Shown in pieces: positions 1 to 8,691 of a stretch of 33,430 bases of DNA (positions are counted from its first letter, which is position 1; the number at the start of each line of letters is the position of its first letter). This stretch comes from a virus (taxonomy: Duplodnaviria > Caudoviricetes): IMG/VR virus record IMGVR_UViG_3300049138_000113, positions 1-33,430 of that record. One strand, written 5' to 3'. The notes beneath the pieces were generated by a model. It searched no databases. It was not told where the DNA came from and worked only from the letters and a program-made list of their open reading frames with translations. A program made the position numbers and the translations under genes.

Positions 1-133
1 CCTCCCGCCCGCGCAGCGGGCCGCCCTCGGCTACCCGTAACCCCCGATCCGGCCCCCCGCGCGCAGCCCTCATCCCATAGGCGGCGCCGGGGGCCGCACC
101 ACCCCCACCGAGCCGACCAGGAAGCAGGACCAC

Positions 134-433
134 ATGACGCACGTGGACGACCTGTACGAGCCGAACGACCGCGAGCCCGACGAGCCCGACATGCACGACG
201 AGCCCGTCGACGGCCCGGTCACGGCCGCCAACATCGCCGAACACCTCACCGGCAGCGACAACGACTACACCGAGGCCCTCGACGGCTGGCCCAGCATCCA
301 CGCCGTGGGCGACGTGCTGCACATCAAGTTCACCCCGATCAAGGAGACCGCGACCGGCGGCGAGGCCGACAAGGACAACGTCAGGTACTTCGAGGCGCGC
401 GTCGTCGAGGTGCCTGCGCCAAAGCAGCCCTAA
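134..433 (+). CDS. Phage hypothetical protein (acidic, 99 aa)
   Basis: ATG preceded by AGGA; GC3-rich codon usage. Confidence 0.7.
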   Translation: MTHVDDLYEPNDREPDEPDMHDEPVDGPVTAANIAEHLTGSDNDYTEALDGWPSIHAVGDVLHIKFTPIKETATGGEADKDNVRYFEARVVEVPAPKQP

Positions 434-579
434 CGCCCCTTAGACCGGCCCCTCCCCGACCGTCGATGGAAGCGGCGGCACGGGGAGGGGCCGCACCAGC
501 CCTACCGGCAGGCACCCCGGTTCGAGCCCGGAGAGCGGCACTCAGCACCACCAGCAACACCGTACGGAAGGGGCCCGCG

Positions 580-984
580 ATGGACTTCATACAGGTAGAC
601 AACCCCTTCGACAGCCTGAACGATCCGCCACCCGCTGAGATCATCGAGCAGCAGCACCTCATCGCCGAGTGCGCCGCCCGGCCGGGCGGGCACGCCTGGA
701 CCGTCGAGGGCGACTCCGGCGACTCGCCGTGGCTGTCGTGCGCGGACTGCCCTGCCAGCGGCGACGACGTCTACCCGGACGTCATCGACATGCTCGGCGA
801 TGAGCCGTACGAGCTCGGCGGGCGCACCATCGTCTTCGGCCAGGAGCTGCCCGACGACGACACCAGCGTGTTCACGATCCCCGTTCACGTGCGGGTCAAG
901 GAGACCCGGTACACGTCCATGAACTGCATCGGCTACGAGTACGACGTCGAGATCCACATCACCGACCGCGAGACAGCCGCCTGA
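580..984 (+). CDS. Phage hypothetical protein (134 aa, Cys/His motif)
   Basis: Start moved from 466 to ATG 580 (RBS GGAAGGG); ends 1 nt before the primase start. Confidence 0.7.
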   Translation: MDFIQVDNPFDSLNDPPPAEIIEQQHLIAECAARPGGHAWTVEGDSGDSPWLSCADCPASGDDVYPDVIDMLGDEPYELGGRTIVFGQELPDDDTSVFTIPVHVRVKETRYTSMNCIGYEYDVEIHITDRETAA

Positions 985-985
985 C

Positions 986-3334
986 GTGACCCTCTCCATC
1001 CCCGACATCGACCCCGACCAGGACACCCTGTCCGCCGCGTTGGCCTACGCCCGCGCGGGCTGGTACGTCCTGCCCGTCGACCAAGCCACCAAGCACGCGG
1101 GCAGCGTCCTCGGGAAGGGCTGGCCCGCCAAGAGCTCGCGCGACCCCGAGACGTTGATCGCGTGGTTCGCCGGCACCGACCTCGCGTTGGCGCTGCACGT
1201 CGGACGGTCCGGCGCCGTGTGCTTCGACGTCGACCGGCCGACCGAGCTGCCCGACCTGCTGCGCGCCGCGCTGCTCACCGTGCCGCCCCCGTACCAGTCC
1301 ACACGCGAGCACGACCCGGAGCGCGGCCACTACCTCTACGCGGTGCCAGACGGCCGCTCGCTCGGCAACTCGAACGGGCAGCTCGGCAAGGCGTGGGGTG
1401 AGGTTCGCGGGAAGAACGGAATCGTCGTCGTCGCCCCCTCGATCCACGAGAAGCACGAGCAGGGCGGCCGGTACGAGTGGGCCCGCGGCGGCATGCTGCC
1501 GATGCTGCCCGAGGTGCTCGCCGAGCAGCTGCCCGACGCAGGCGACAGCTCCGACGCGGCCACCGACCGCGAAGTCCTCGCCTTCCTCAACGCGCACACC
1601 GGCAACGCACGCCCAGAGCTCCTGTCCGGCGTCCTCAAACGCTGGGACGCCGCAGTCCAGGCCGGAGAGTCCCGGCACGGCGCCACCCTCACCGCCGCCG
1701 CCTGGGCCATGCGTGAGGCCGCCGCCGGGCTGTACCCCGCCATCGAGGCCGCGCAGAAGCTGCGCACCTACTTCACCATGGTGATGTCCGTCAGCCGCGA
1801 CGACGTCGAGCGGACTCTCACCCCGGGCCAGGCCGGCGCCGAGTTCGGCGGCATCCTCGCCTGGGCCATCGCCCAAACCGTCCACACCAGCCCCGAGACG
1901 ACCGCGGCCGCCGTCGACGAGCGGGCGCCCCGCGACGACTTCACGGACCTGCTGCCGCCCGACCACCCCTACCTCGCCCAGCAGGCGCCGCCCCCTTTCG
2001 CCGAACCCGGCATGGCCGCTGACGAGCCCCCCGTCGACGAGCACGGCGTCGACATCGAAGCCCTCGCCTTCGAGCGGATGGTCGCCGAGGAGCTACGCCG
2101 TATCAAGGTGCGGGAGGAAGCCGCCCGAAGGGCGAAGAAGGCCCGCACCGGCAACATCGCCCCGCCCGCGCCCATCCTCCTCACCGACTTCCTCAACGTC
2201 GCCGACGAGCCCGCCCGCTACCGCATCGACCAACTGTGGCCCGTCGGCGGACGCATCATGCTCGCCGCCCAGTTCAAAGCCGGAAAAACCACCATGGTCG
2301 GCAACCTCGTGCGCTCCCTCGCCGACAGCATGCCGTTCCTCGGCAAGTACGACGTCAACCCCTGCCGCGGCCGCATCGTCATCATCGACGACGAACTCGA
2401 CGAGCGCATGCTCCGCTCGTGGCTGCGCGACCAGGGCATCGCCCACACCGACAGCATCGCCGTCATCCCCCTGCGCGGCCGGCTATCCACCTTCGACCTG
2501 CTCGACCCCGAAACGCGCACCCGGTGGGCCGACGTGCTGCGCGCCCTGGACGCCAGCATCGTCATCTTCGACTGCCTCGCCCCCATCCTCGACGCGCTCG
2601 GCCTGTCCGAAGACAAAGAAGCCGGACGACTCCTGGTCGCATTCGACGAACTCATCCGTGAGGCAGACGCGGAAGAGGCTGCCGTCATTCACCACATGGG
2701 GCACAGCGGGGAACGTTCACGAGGCGCATCCCGGCTCCGCGACTGGCCGGATGTGGAATGGCGGCTCGTACGCGAGAAAGACGAAATGGGGGAAACAGAT
2801 CCGGCCGCACCGCGCTATTTCTCCGCGTACGGCCGGGACGTCGACGTGCCCGAGTCGCTGCTGTCCTTCGAGGCGTCCACGCGCCGCCTGGAGATCGCTG
2901 GAGGCTCCCGTAAGGACGCCAAGACGGAGTCCGCAGCCGACGCCATCCTCGACTTCCTGACGCTGTCTCCGAGCTCTTCAGGCCGTCAGATTGAGGACGC
3001 GCTGGTTGAGGCGCACGCCCAGAAGGCGATCCGTGACGCGTTGAAGAGGCTCACACACAGTGGCCATGTGGTCGCTGTGGATGGTCCTCGGCGGGCGAAG
3101 CTTCATTCTCTCAACCCCAACCGCGCCAGTGCGTTAAGTGCGTTGCCAGTGCGTCAACGCACTTGTAGTGAGTGCGTCAGTGCGTCTATAGAGACGCACT
3201 GCACTCACTACTCGCCAGACCCACGAGACCCCTACGACCTACTGACGCACTCACACGCTGACAACTGGACCCAGATCGACGGCGAGTGGGTCAACACCAC
3301 CACCGCCGAGATCCGATCGGAGCCACCGCGGTGA
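986..3334 (+). CDS. Bifunctional DNA primase/polymerase fused to AAA_25 (RepA/SF4-like) helicase with C-terminal winged helix
   Basis: N-terminal Prim-Pol motifs (ALAYARAGWYVLPV, FDVD, GHYLY, EVRG..G.VVVAPSIH..GGRYEW); Walker A AAQFKAGKTT; Walker B IVIFD; HHMGH..ERSRGASRL. Confidence 0.9.
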   Translation: MTLSIPDIDPDQDTLSAALAYARAGWYVLPVDQATKHAGSVLGKGWPAKSSRDPETLIAWFAGTDLALALHVGRSGAVCFDVDRPTELPDLLRAALLTVPPPYQSTREHDPERGHYLYAVPDGRSLGNSNGQLGKAWGEVRGKNGIVVVAPSIHEKHEQGGRYEWARGGMLPMLPEVLAEQLPDAGDSSDAATDREVLAFLNAHTGNARPELLSGVLKRWDAAVQAGESRHGATLTAAAWAMREAAAGLYPAIEAAQKLRTYFTMVMSVSRDDVERTLTPGQAGAEFGGILAWAIAQTVHTSPETTAAAVDERAPRDDFTDLLPPDHPYLAQQAPPPFAEPGMAADEPPVDEHGVDIEALAFERMVAEELRRIKVREEAARRAKKARTGNIAPPAPILLTDFLNVADEPARYRIDQLWPVGGRIMLAAQFKAGKTTMVGNLVRSLADSMPFLGKYDVNPCRGRIVIIDDELDERMLRSWLRDQGIAHTDSIAVIPLRGRLSTFDLLDPETRTRWADVLRALDASIVIFDCLAPILDALGLSEDKEAGRLLVAFDELIREADAEEAAVIHHMGHSGERSRGASRLRDWPDVEWRLVREKDEMGETDPAAPRYFSAYGRDVDVPESLLSFEASTRRLEIAGGSRKDAKTESAADAILDFLTLSPSSSGRQIEDALVEAHAQKAIRDALKRLTHSGHVVAVDGPRRAKLHSLNPNRASALSALPVRQRTCSECVSASIETHCTHYSPDPRDPYDLLTHSHADNWTQIDGEWVNTTTAEIRSEPPR
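3128..3251. repeat. Iteron cluster and inverted repeat, putative phage replication origin
   Basis: AGTGCGT at 3128, 3137, 3148, 3171, 3179 and reverse-complement copies at 3157, 3194, 3245; inverted repeat 3165-3211. Confidence 0.65.
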
Positions 3335-3702
3335 CCGCCCAGTGGCTGAAGGACCGACAGGCGGATTGGGCCCGCGCCGCCAACCTCCGAACCTGCCCGG
3401 CATGCCACACCACGGTGCTAGCCGGCCTCGACGCCGACGCGGCCGCGCTCCCCATCCGCTGCGACCCCACACCGCTCGACGCCTTAGGCGAAGCCGTCGC
3501 GCTACTCCAAGGCCGCACCACTTATGACCTCATCGAAACCAAGACCGGCCGCGAACTCTACGAACGCAGCGCCCACACCATTAAAAAGCCAAGGCGATAT
3601 CAGGTATTCGCCACACACAAATGCGCTGAATCCCTCGCCGCATTCATTCAGCAGCCTGCCGAGCAGAAAGCAGAGGCCGACCATGACCGCCCCCAATTCT
3701 GA
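3331..3702 (+). CDS. Phage hypothetical protein, putative Zn-binding (CPAC ... HKC)
   Basis: GTGA overlap with the primase stop; start moved from 3286. Confidence 0.75.
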   Translation: MTAQWLKDRQADWARAANLRTCPACHTTVLAGLDADAAALPIRCDPTPLDALGEAVALLQGRTTYDLIETKTGRELYERSAHTIKKPRRYQVFATHKCAESLAAFIQQPAEQKAEADHDRPQF

Positions 3703-4039
3703 AGTCACGGTCCGCTACCTGAAGGTGAAGGAGGTCGCCGCGCAGCTGCGCGTCACCCCCATGACCGTCTACCGGATGGTTCACGACGGCGACCTGCCCG
3801 GGACCATCCGCGTAAGAGGGTCCATCCGCGTCCCAGAAGCCAGCGTGCGCGCCCTGAGCGCCAAGCAGGTGTCCCAGGAACCCCAAGAGCTCTGCCTCAC
3901 CCCAGCAGACGCTCAGGCGCTTCTCGACGCGCTCGCCGCCGACTACCGCGCCCACGCCAGACAGCTGCACGGCCACCTCGAACGCCTGGCCGCCGGCGGG
4001 CCGCTCATCATCAGGAGCGGGCAGGAGACCAGCCGTTGA
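3683..4039 (+). CDS. Excisionase-like HTH_17 (MerR-type) DNA-binding protein, Rv0500A/BdtA-like
   Basis: YLKVKEVAAQLRVTPMTVYRMVHDGDLPGTIRVRGSIRVPE; RBS GAGG before ATG 3683. Confidence 0.85.
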   Translation: MTAPNSEVTVRYLKVKEVAAQLRVTPMTVYRMVHDGDLPGTIRVRGSIRVPEASVRALSAKQVSQEPQELCLTPADAQALLDALAADYRAHARQLHGHLERLAAGGPLIIRSGQETSR

Positions 4040-4725
4040 CTCACGCTGTGATCGAAACCCTGGACTGGCTGATCGAATACTGGCCAGACCTGCTCACCGC
4101 GCGCCTGCCGATGGCCACCCCGCGACCGTGGCAGCAAGCAACTCTTTCCCCAGAGGCAAAAGATCGACGCGACGAGCAGGCCCAGGCCGAACGCGCCGAG
4201 CGCTCGATCTGGGCGTTAGGCGAGTCGCCGGCACCCGTCGACGTCGCCGTGCTGCAGACCATCCTGGACGGCCTTGTACGGGCCGACGATCTTGCCGCAG
4301 CGCTCGCCCCACCCACCATGTGCCCCCCGCTCGCCGCGCCCGGCTACGGCGTCCTCGACGCCCGCCCGTGGCTCACCTACGCCGCAGCCCGCCTCCACGA
4401 ACTCCCCGAGGCGTGGCACGAGTGGGCGGAGCCGACCGTCCAGCGCATGTACGAGCAGGCAGCCAAGGCGCTCAGCATGCTCTACACCGGCCAGACCATC
4501 CGAGTGCTCTGCCCCTGGTGCGGCGGCTCGACACCCGAGCAGCCTGTGGGCGGCGCCTGGACGTGGCGTGTCGAAGTACTGCCCGGCAACCTGGTCGCCA
4601 TCGTCTGTGGGGGCGTGTGCGAGCCGCCGGCTCGGGAGGTGGGCACGTGGTGGCGCGGGCAACCCTGCTGGCCCATCGCGGACTGGGGCAGACTTGCGAA
4701 ACATCTCGGTCACATTGGCGCGTAA
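4036..4725 (+). CDS. Phage protein with Cys motifs (CPWC, CGGVC); possible late-transcription regulator
   Basis: TTGA overlap and RBS AGGAG; last early gene before the late promoter; function inferred from position only. Confidence 0.6.
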   Translation: MTHAVIETLDWLIEYWPDLLTARLPMATPRPWQQATLSPEAKDRRDEQAQAERAERSIWALGESPAPVDVAVLQTILDGLVRADDLAAALAPPTMCPPLAAPGYGVLDARPWLTYAAARLHELPEAWHEWAEPTVQRMYEQAAKALSMLYTGQTIRVLCPWCGGSTPEQPVGGAWTWRVEVLPGNLVAIVCGGVCEPPAREVGTWWRGQPCWPIADWGRLAKHLGHIGA

Positions 4726-4790
4726 TCTCAGTCTGCCTGCACTCCAGATGCCATCATTCTCCACCAAGGCAGGGAAGGCGGGAGGGTTGG

Positions 4791-5429
4791 ATGGCGATCC
4801 GCCGGAAGGATGCGACGGTCAAAACGACCTCCATGCATCATGTCCGCCTATACAGAGACGAGCTTGAGGGGATCGCCAAGGCGCTCTCAGAGTTTGGCGA
4901 GCTCGCCATCACCTACGACGCGTACGAAGCAACTGCTGCAGAGGACTTCACCGAACTACCCGAGACGGGCCGGGACGTCAAGATGACCGCCAAGAGCGGC
5001 GAAAGCAGCGTCACCGTAACACTCAGCCCCAGATCCGCCCGCATAGTAGAAGTCGAACCCACGAGCGCGACCCATGGACTCGCGTCTTTGATCCGCTCAA
5101 TAGCGGGCCGCGGTAGTCGGGTCCCACTACGGGCATGGTTAGGCTTGACGCCCGTAGTCATACCAACGCTGCTGGCCATCACCTATGCGCCGTCTCTCGG
5201 CGCCAATTGGTCCGTCATTGTTGTCCTTTTCACCATGCTGATCACAATGATCGTTCTCAGGCGAATTCCTGCAAGGATGACTGGTGAGAGCGCTCGTGTG
5301 ATCAATGCGTATCGTGCCGATCGCCCAACTTTTCTCCAGAGAACGCGGGATGACTGGGTGGTCGAACTCGTGTGCGTTGCCATCGGGCTCGTTGCCGGTT
5401 ACATCCTCGGGCGCCTAACCGGTGGATGA
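4791..5429 (+). CDS. Membrane protein (about 3 C-terminal TM helices), moron-like
   Basis: ATG 4791 with RBS GGAGGG; hydrophobic segments WLGLTPVVIPTLLAITYA, WSVIVVLFTMLITMIVL, WVVELVCVAIGLVAGYIL; more A/T-ending codons than neighbours. Confidence 0.75.
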   Translation: MAIRRKDATVKTTSMHHVRLYRDELEGIAKALSEFGELAITYDAYEATAAEDFTELPETGRDVKMTAKSGESSVTVTLSPRSARIVEVEPTSATHGLASLIRSIAGRGSRVPLRAWLGLTPVVIPTLLAITYAPSLGANWSVIVVLFTMLITMIVLRRIPARMTGESARVINAYRADRPTFLQRTRDDWVVELVCVAIGLVAGYILGRLTGG

Positions 5430-5443
5430 CGTAGTCCCCCAAC

Positions 5444-5472
5444 TTGACACCGGCCTGTGGATAACTCATGAT
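5444..5472 (+). promoter_or_regulatory. Putative late promoter TTGACA-N17-CATGAT with a DnaA box (TGTGGATAA, 5456-5464) in the spacer
   Basis: Perfect -35, 17-nt spacer, near-consensus -10, upstream of terS. Confidence 0.65.
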
Positions 5473-5545
5473 CGAGGCGTCTTCGGCATGCCCGAAGCCT
5501 GAAGGTGGTGGTCGACATGGCCTGACCACCCGCCAGCACGATTGA

Positions 5546-5580
5546 GCCCCGCCACCGAGCGGGGCATTCGCATGTTCGGG
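5546..5580 (+). terminator. Terminator-like hairpin in the late leader
   Basis: GCCCCGC-caccga-GCGGGGC followed by attcgcatgttc; two more leader hairpins upstream. Confidence 0.4.
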
Positions 5581-5591
5581 GGTGAGCTCGT

Positions 5592-6065
5592 GTGCCCCAG
5601 GGGAAGCCGCTCACCGACACCGTCATCGCCGCCATCCTCGCCAGCATCGACGCAGGCAAGAGCCGCAACGAGACCGCCCGCGAACACGAGGTCAGCGCCA
5701 GCACCGTAAGCCGCATCGCCGCCGCGAACGCACGCAGCTTCGACCGGTCCAAGACCAAGAACGCTACTGAGGCTGCCCGCGTCGACAACGCCGCGCTGCG
5801 TGCCTCGACGAGCCGGCGGTTCCTGGAGGAGGCGAACCGGTTCCTCGACGACCTGCACAAGCCGCACACCGCGTACAACTTCGGCGGCAAGGACAACACC
5901 TTCAACTCGAAGGAGTTCCCCGAACCGCCGGTCACCGACAAGCGCAACCTCATCACCGCCGCGGCCGTCGCGATCGACAAGCATCTCGCCGTCGAGAAGC
6001 ACGACAACTCGGGTGAGGCGCACGCCGCCGTCGACGCCTGGCTGCAGGAGATGACCGGGCTGTGA
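5592..6065 (+). CDS. terS: Terminase small subunit (HTH-containing)
   Basis: N-terminal HTH (GKSRNETAREHEVSASTVSRIA); overlaps the terL start (GTGA). Confidence 0.75.
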   Translation: MPQGKPLTDTVIAAILASIDAGKSRNETAREHEVSASTVSRIAAANARSFDRSKTKNATEAARVDNAALRASTSRRFLEEANRFLDDLHKPHTAYNFGGKDNTFNSKEFPEPPVTDKRNLITAAAVAIDKHLAVEKHDNSGEAHAAVDAWLQEMTGL

Positions 6066-7333
6066 ACGTCACCCCGCTCGTCGGCAAGCAGCGCGAGAGC
6101 GTGCAGCTGGCGACCGCCCGCCTCAACATCTGGGACGGCTCGGTCCGGTCGTCGAAGACCATCAGCTCCCTGCTGAAGTGGCTGAAGTTCGTCCGCGAGT
6201 GCCCGGCCGGCCCGCTCCTCATGGTGGGCAAGACCGAGCGCACCCTGAAGCGCAACATCATCGACCCGCTCACCGAGATGCTCGGCGAGAAGCGATGCAA
6301 GTTCGTCGCGGGCGCTGGCGAACTGCATCTGCTCGGCCGCGTCATCTACGTCGCGGGCGCCTACAACGAGGGCTCGGTCGACAAGATCCGAGGCTTGAGC
6401 TTGGTGGGCGCGTACGTCGACGAGGTCAGCACGATGCCGGAATCGTTCTGGACGATGCTGCTCACACGGCTCTCCATCCCCGGTGCTCAGCTGTTCGGGA
6501 CGACGAACCCGGACGGGCCGCAGCACTGGCTGCTCACCGGGTATCTGGAGCGCGCGGCCGTCCACTTGGACATTCACGGCCAGCTGCACCACCACGCTGG
6601 CGATGACCGGCTCAACCTGCACCGGTTCTCATTCCAGCTCAGGGACAACCCGAACCTCACCCAGCAGTACATCGACGACGTCTCCAGCGAGTTCACAGGG
6701 TTGTGGTACCGCCGGCTGATCCTCGGCGAATGGTGCCTGGCCGAGGGCGTCGTCTACGAGTCCTGGGATCCGGGCCGGCACGTCGTCCAGGAGCTGCCGT
6801 CGATCGCTCAGTGGATCGCCATTGCCATGGACTACGGCACCACGAACCCGTTCCACGCCTTGGCGATCGGCTTGGGCGTCGACGGGCGCCTGTACGTGGG
6901 GCACGAGTGGCGCTGGGACAGCAAGAAGATGCGCGGCGCGTTGACCGACGCCGAGTACTCCGGACGCGTCCGCGCCTGGGTCACCGGGTTGGGCATCACA
7001 CCGTCGTACACGATCGTCGACCCGTCCGCGAAGTCGTTCCGCGTGCAGCTGCACCGCGACGGCCAAGCCAGCACGCTCGCCGATAATGACGTGGTCGACG
7101 GCATCCGCGACGTGGCCTCGCTGTTTGCGACTGGCCGCCTGCTCGTGCACTCCGGATGCAAGGAACTCATCAAAGAGATTCCCGGCTACGCGTGGGATCC
7201 GGACGCGTCGGAGAAGGGCGAGGACAAGCCGCTCAAGATCGCAGACCACGGTGTGGATGCGCTCAGGTACGGGATCCGGACGACGCGCAACATCTGGCAC
7301 GGGCAGTTGGCCCCGCCGAGCAAGGCCGCGTGA
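6062..7333 (+). CDS. terL: Terminase large subunit, PBSX family
   Basis: Walker A WDGSVRSSKT, Walker B GAYVDEV, TTNPDGP.HW, DYGTTNP, nuclease motif DHGVDALRY. Confidence 0.95.
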   Translation: MNVTPLVGKQRESVQLATARLNIWDGSVRSSKTISSLLKWLKFVRECPAGPLLMVGKTERTLKRNIIDPLTEMLGEKRCKFVAGAGELHLLGRVIYVAGAYNEGSVDKIRGLSLVGAYVDEVSTMPESFWTMLLTRLSIPGAQLFGTTNPDGPQHWLLTGYLERAAVHLDIHGQLHHHAGDDRLNLHRFSFQLRDNPNLTQQYIDDVSSEFTGLWYRRLILGEWCLAEGVVYESWDPGRHVVQELPSIAQWIAIAMDYGTTNPFHALAIGLGVDGRLYVGHEWRWDSKKMRGALTDAEYSGRVRAWVTGLGITPSYTIVDPSAKSFRVQLHRDGQASTLADNDVVDGIRDVASLFATGRLLVHSGCKELIKEIPGYAWDPDASEKGEDKPLKIADHGVDALRYGIRTTRNIWHGQLAPPSKAA

Positions 7334-7346
7334 TCCAGGGCGAAGC

Positions 7347-7379
7347 GCTCTGGGCTACCGCTGATGGGTAGCCCAGAGC
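7347..7379. terminator. Perfect 13-bp stem hairpin between convergent terL and the small membrane gene
   Basis: GCTCTGGGCTACC-gctgatg-GGTAGCCCAGAGC. Confidence 0.7.
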
Positions 7380-7386
7380 AGGGATA

Positions 7387-7584
7387 TCAGCAGTGGAAGC
7401 CTCCTCGAAGGAGGATGAAGACCGTCTCCACGATGAGGTAGACGATCACGTGTGCGTACACTGCGTGCACCAGTTCGTGCGGCACATGCTGCCGCCAGGC
7501 CGAAGTGTCGCCGAGTCGGTAGGCGACGACCCAGCACACGAAGATGGCCAGGCTGAGGGCGACTGCCCAGTTGATGATTTCCAC
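7387..7584 (-). CDS. Small hydrophobic membrane protein (65 aa, 2 TM)
   Basis: Two hydrophobic helices; ends just before a strong hairpin; RBS weak. Confidence 0.6.
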   Translation of the reverse strand: MEIINWAVALSLAIFVCWVVAYRLGDTSAWRQHVPHELVHAVYAHVIVYLIVETVFILLRGGFHC

Positions 7585-7599
7585 GGATACCCGTCTGCG

Positions 7600-7885
7600 C
7601 TACACCTGCACCCGGCTTACAGGGGCAGCGTCGGACGGTTCTCCGTACTGACGCGCCCGAAGGCGTAAGGCCGAGACGTAGCCTCGAGGGTCATTCAGGT
7701 TCCGCTCACAGTCACAGTGACTCAGGAGCCTGATGCGGAGTCGGGCCGGGTAGCCGACCGCCGTCTCCCTCTCGGGTCTTCCTCTAGCCGTCCCTCTCGG
7801 TGGTCGCGGTACACCCCTTCGGCCGAATCCGTCACTTAGCTACGACGGCTGGCAGAGGCACTGACGATTCACCTTGAGTACAGCT
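7600..7885 (-). ncRNA. Candidate structured RNA or long 5' leader of the small membrane gene
   Basis: Multiple stems; on the - strand a cUUCGg hairpin (7654-7665) and two GAGA tetraloop hairpins (7767-7776, 7793-7800); possible promoter TTGTGG-N18-TATGGT ending near 7892. Confidence 0.4.
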
Positions 7886-8157
7886 AGCTAAACCATACAT
7901 CACCTGCGCAAACACCCACAATCCGCGCTCACAGGCAAGCCTGACTCATGCGATGTACTACACGACCACACATGGGGATCGGCGTCATAACCCACTGCGG
8001 ATCTGCGTCGGCCCCGTCTGGAAGAGCGGCGGCGAGTCTAGAAGTGCGATCCTCCCGCCGGGCGCGACGGCTGGCACCGGGACCGCCGTGTGGGATTCCT
8101 CGGTCGAACCACCCTAAGATCGCGATTGCGTGAGCACTGCTCTACTGATCGTTAACG

Positions 8158-8180
8158 TGCGGGAATCTTTACTTCCCGCA
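8158..8180. promoter_or_regulatory. 8-bp inverted repeat (operator-like) in an AT-rich stretch upstream of the portal-proximal genes
   Basis: TGCGGGAA-tctttac-TTCCCGCA; CATGAT at 8193-8198, same as the late promoter -10. Confidence 0.35.
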
Positions 8181-8224
8181 AGTTTATTCTTCCATGATCA
8201 CCGAGCCCGTAGGAAGGCACCCTC

Positions 8225-8479
8225 ATGTCCCAGATCCCGAGCGTGGGCCGCATCGTCCACTACGTCAGCTATGGCACGCCGGGCGGTGAGTACCCGAGCG
8301 TCTGCCGGGCGGCCATCATCACCGAGGTCTCCGGCTACGCGCCGCCCGAGCACGCCGACGACGACATGCAGGCACGCTGTCACCTCACCGTGATGAACCC
8401 GACGGGCATGTTCTTCAACGAGGTGGACTACGGCCCGCAGAACGTGCCGGGCACCTGGCACTGGCCGGAGCGTGTCTGA
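8225..8479 (+). CDS. Actinophage hypothetical protein (PSVGRIVHYV..GTPGGEY..CRAAIITEV..GTWHWPERV)
   Basis: RBS AGGAAGG; motif recognised from small actinophage proteins. Confidence 0.8.
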   Translation: MSQIPSVGRIVHYVSYGTPGGEYPSVCRAAIITEVSGYAPPEHADDDMQARCHLTVMNPTGMFFNEVDYGPQNVPGTWHWPERV

Positions 8480-8691
8480 TGGCAATCCACGCCGACACCG
8501 AGCAGGAAGCGCTCCGTACCATCACGCTCCCTCCCGGGCCTGCCCTTCTGTACGTCACCGAAGGCGACGCGCCCATGGTGACCATCCTCGACCGGGCCGA
8601 TGCCGGCCTCATGCCGTACCGTGACCGGTACATCTGCCGTGCGCTCGTGAGGTACGTCACGGAGGGCCTGGATGTAGTGGACGAGTCCTGA
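8479..8691 (+). CDS. Hypothetical protein (70 aa)
   Basis: TGATG coupling at both ends. Confidence 0.65.
   Translation: MAIHADTEQEALRTITLPPGPALLYVTEGDAPMVTILDRADAGLMPYRDRYICRALVRYVTEGLDVVDES

Noticed and set aside
155-210. GAGCCCGAC tandem repeats
   Set aside because: Encode a low-complexity EPD peptide within a CDS
4128-4790. N-terminal extension making a 433-aa ORF
   Set aside because: Overlaps the 4036-4725 gene and is Arg-rich nonsense; the true start is 4791 with a good RBS
7600-7885. Possible c-di-AMP (ydaO) riboswitch because of GGTGAATC
   Set aside because: Other hallmark motifs (GGGGAACC, CCCGTCAGCTAAC) are absent
7861-7900. CTGACGA resembling a hammerhead ribozyme core
   Set aside because: No stem II followed by GAAA and no stem III
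7948-8393. ORFs 7948-8133 and 8130-8393
   Set aside because: No RBS, atypical codon usage; the second overlaps a better gene
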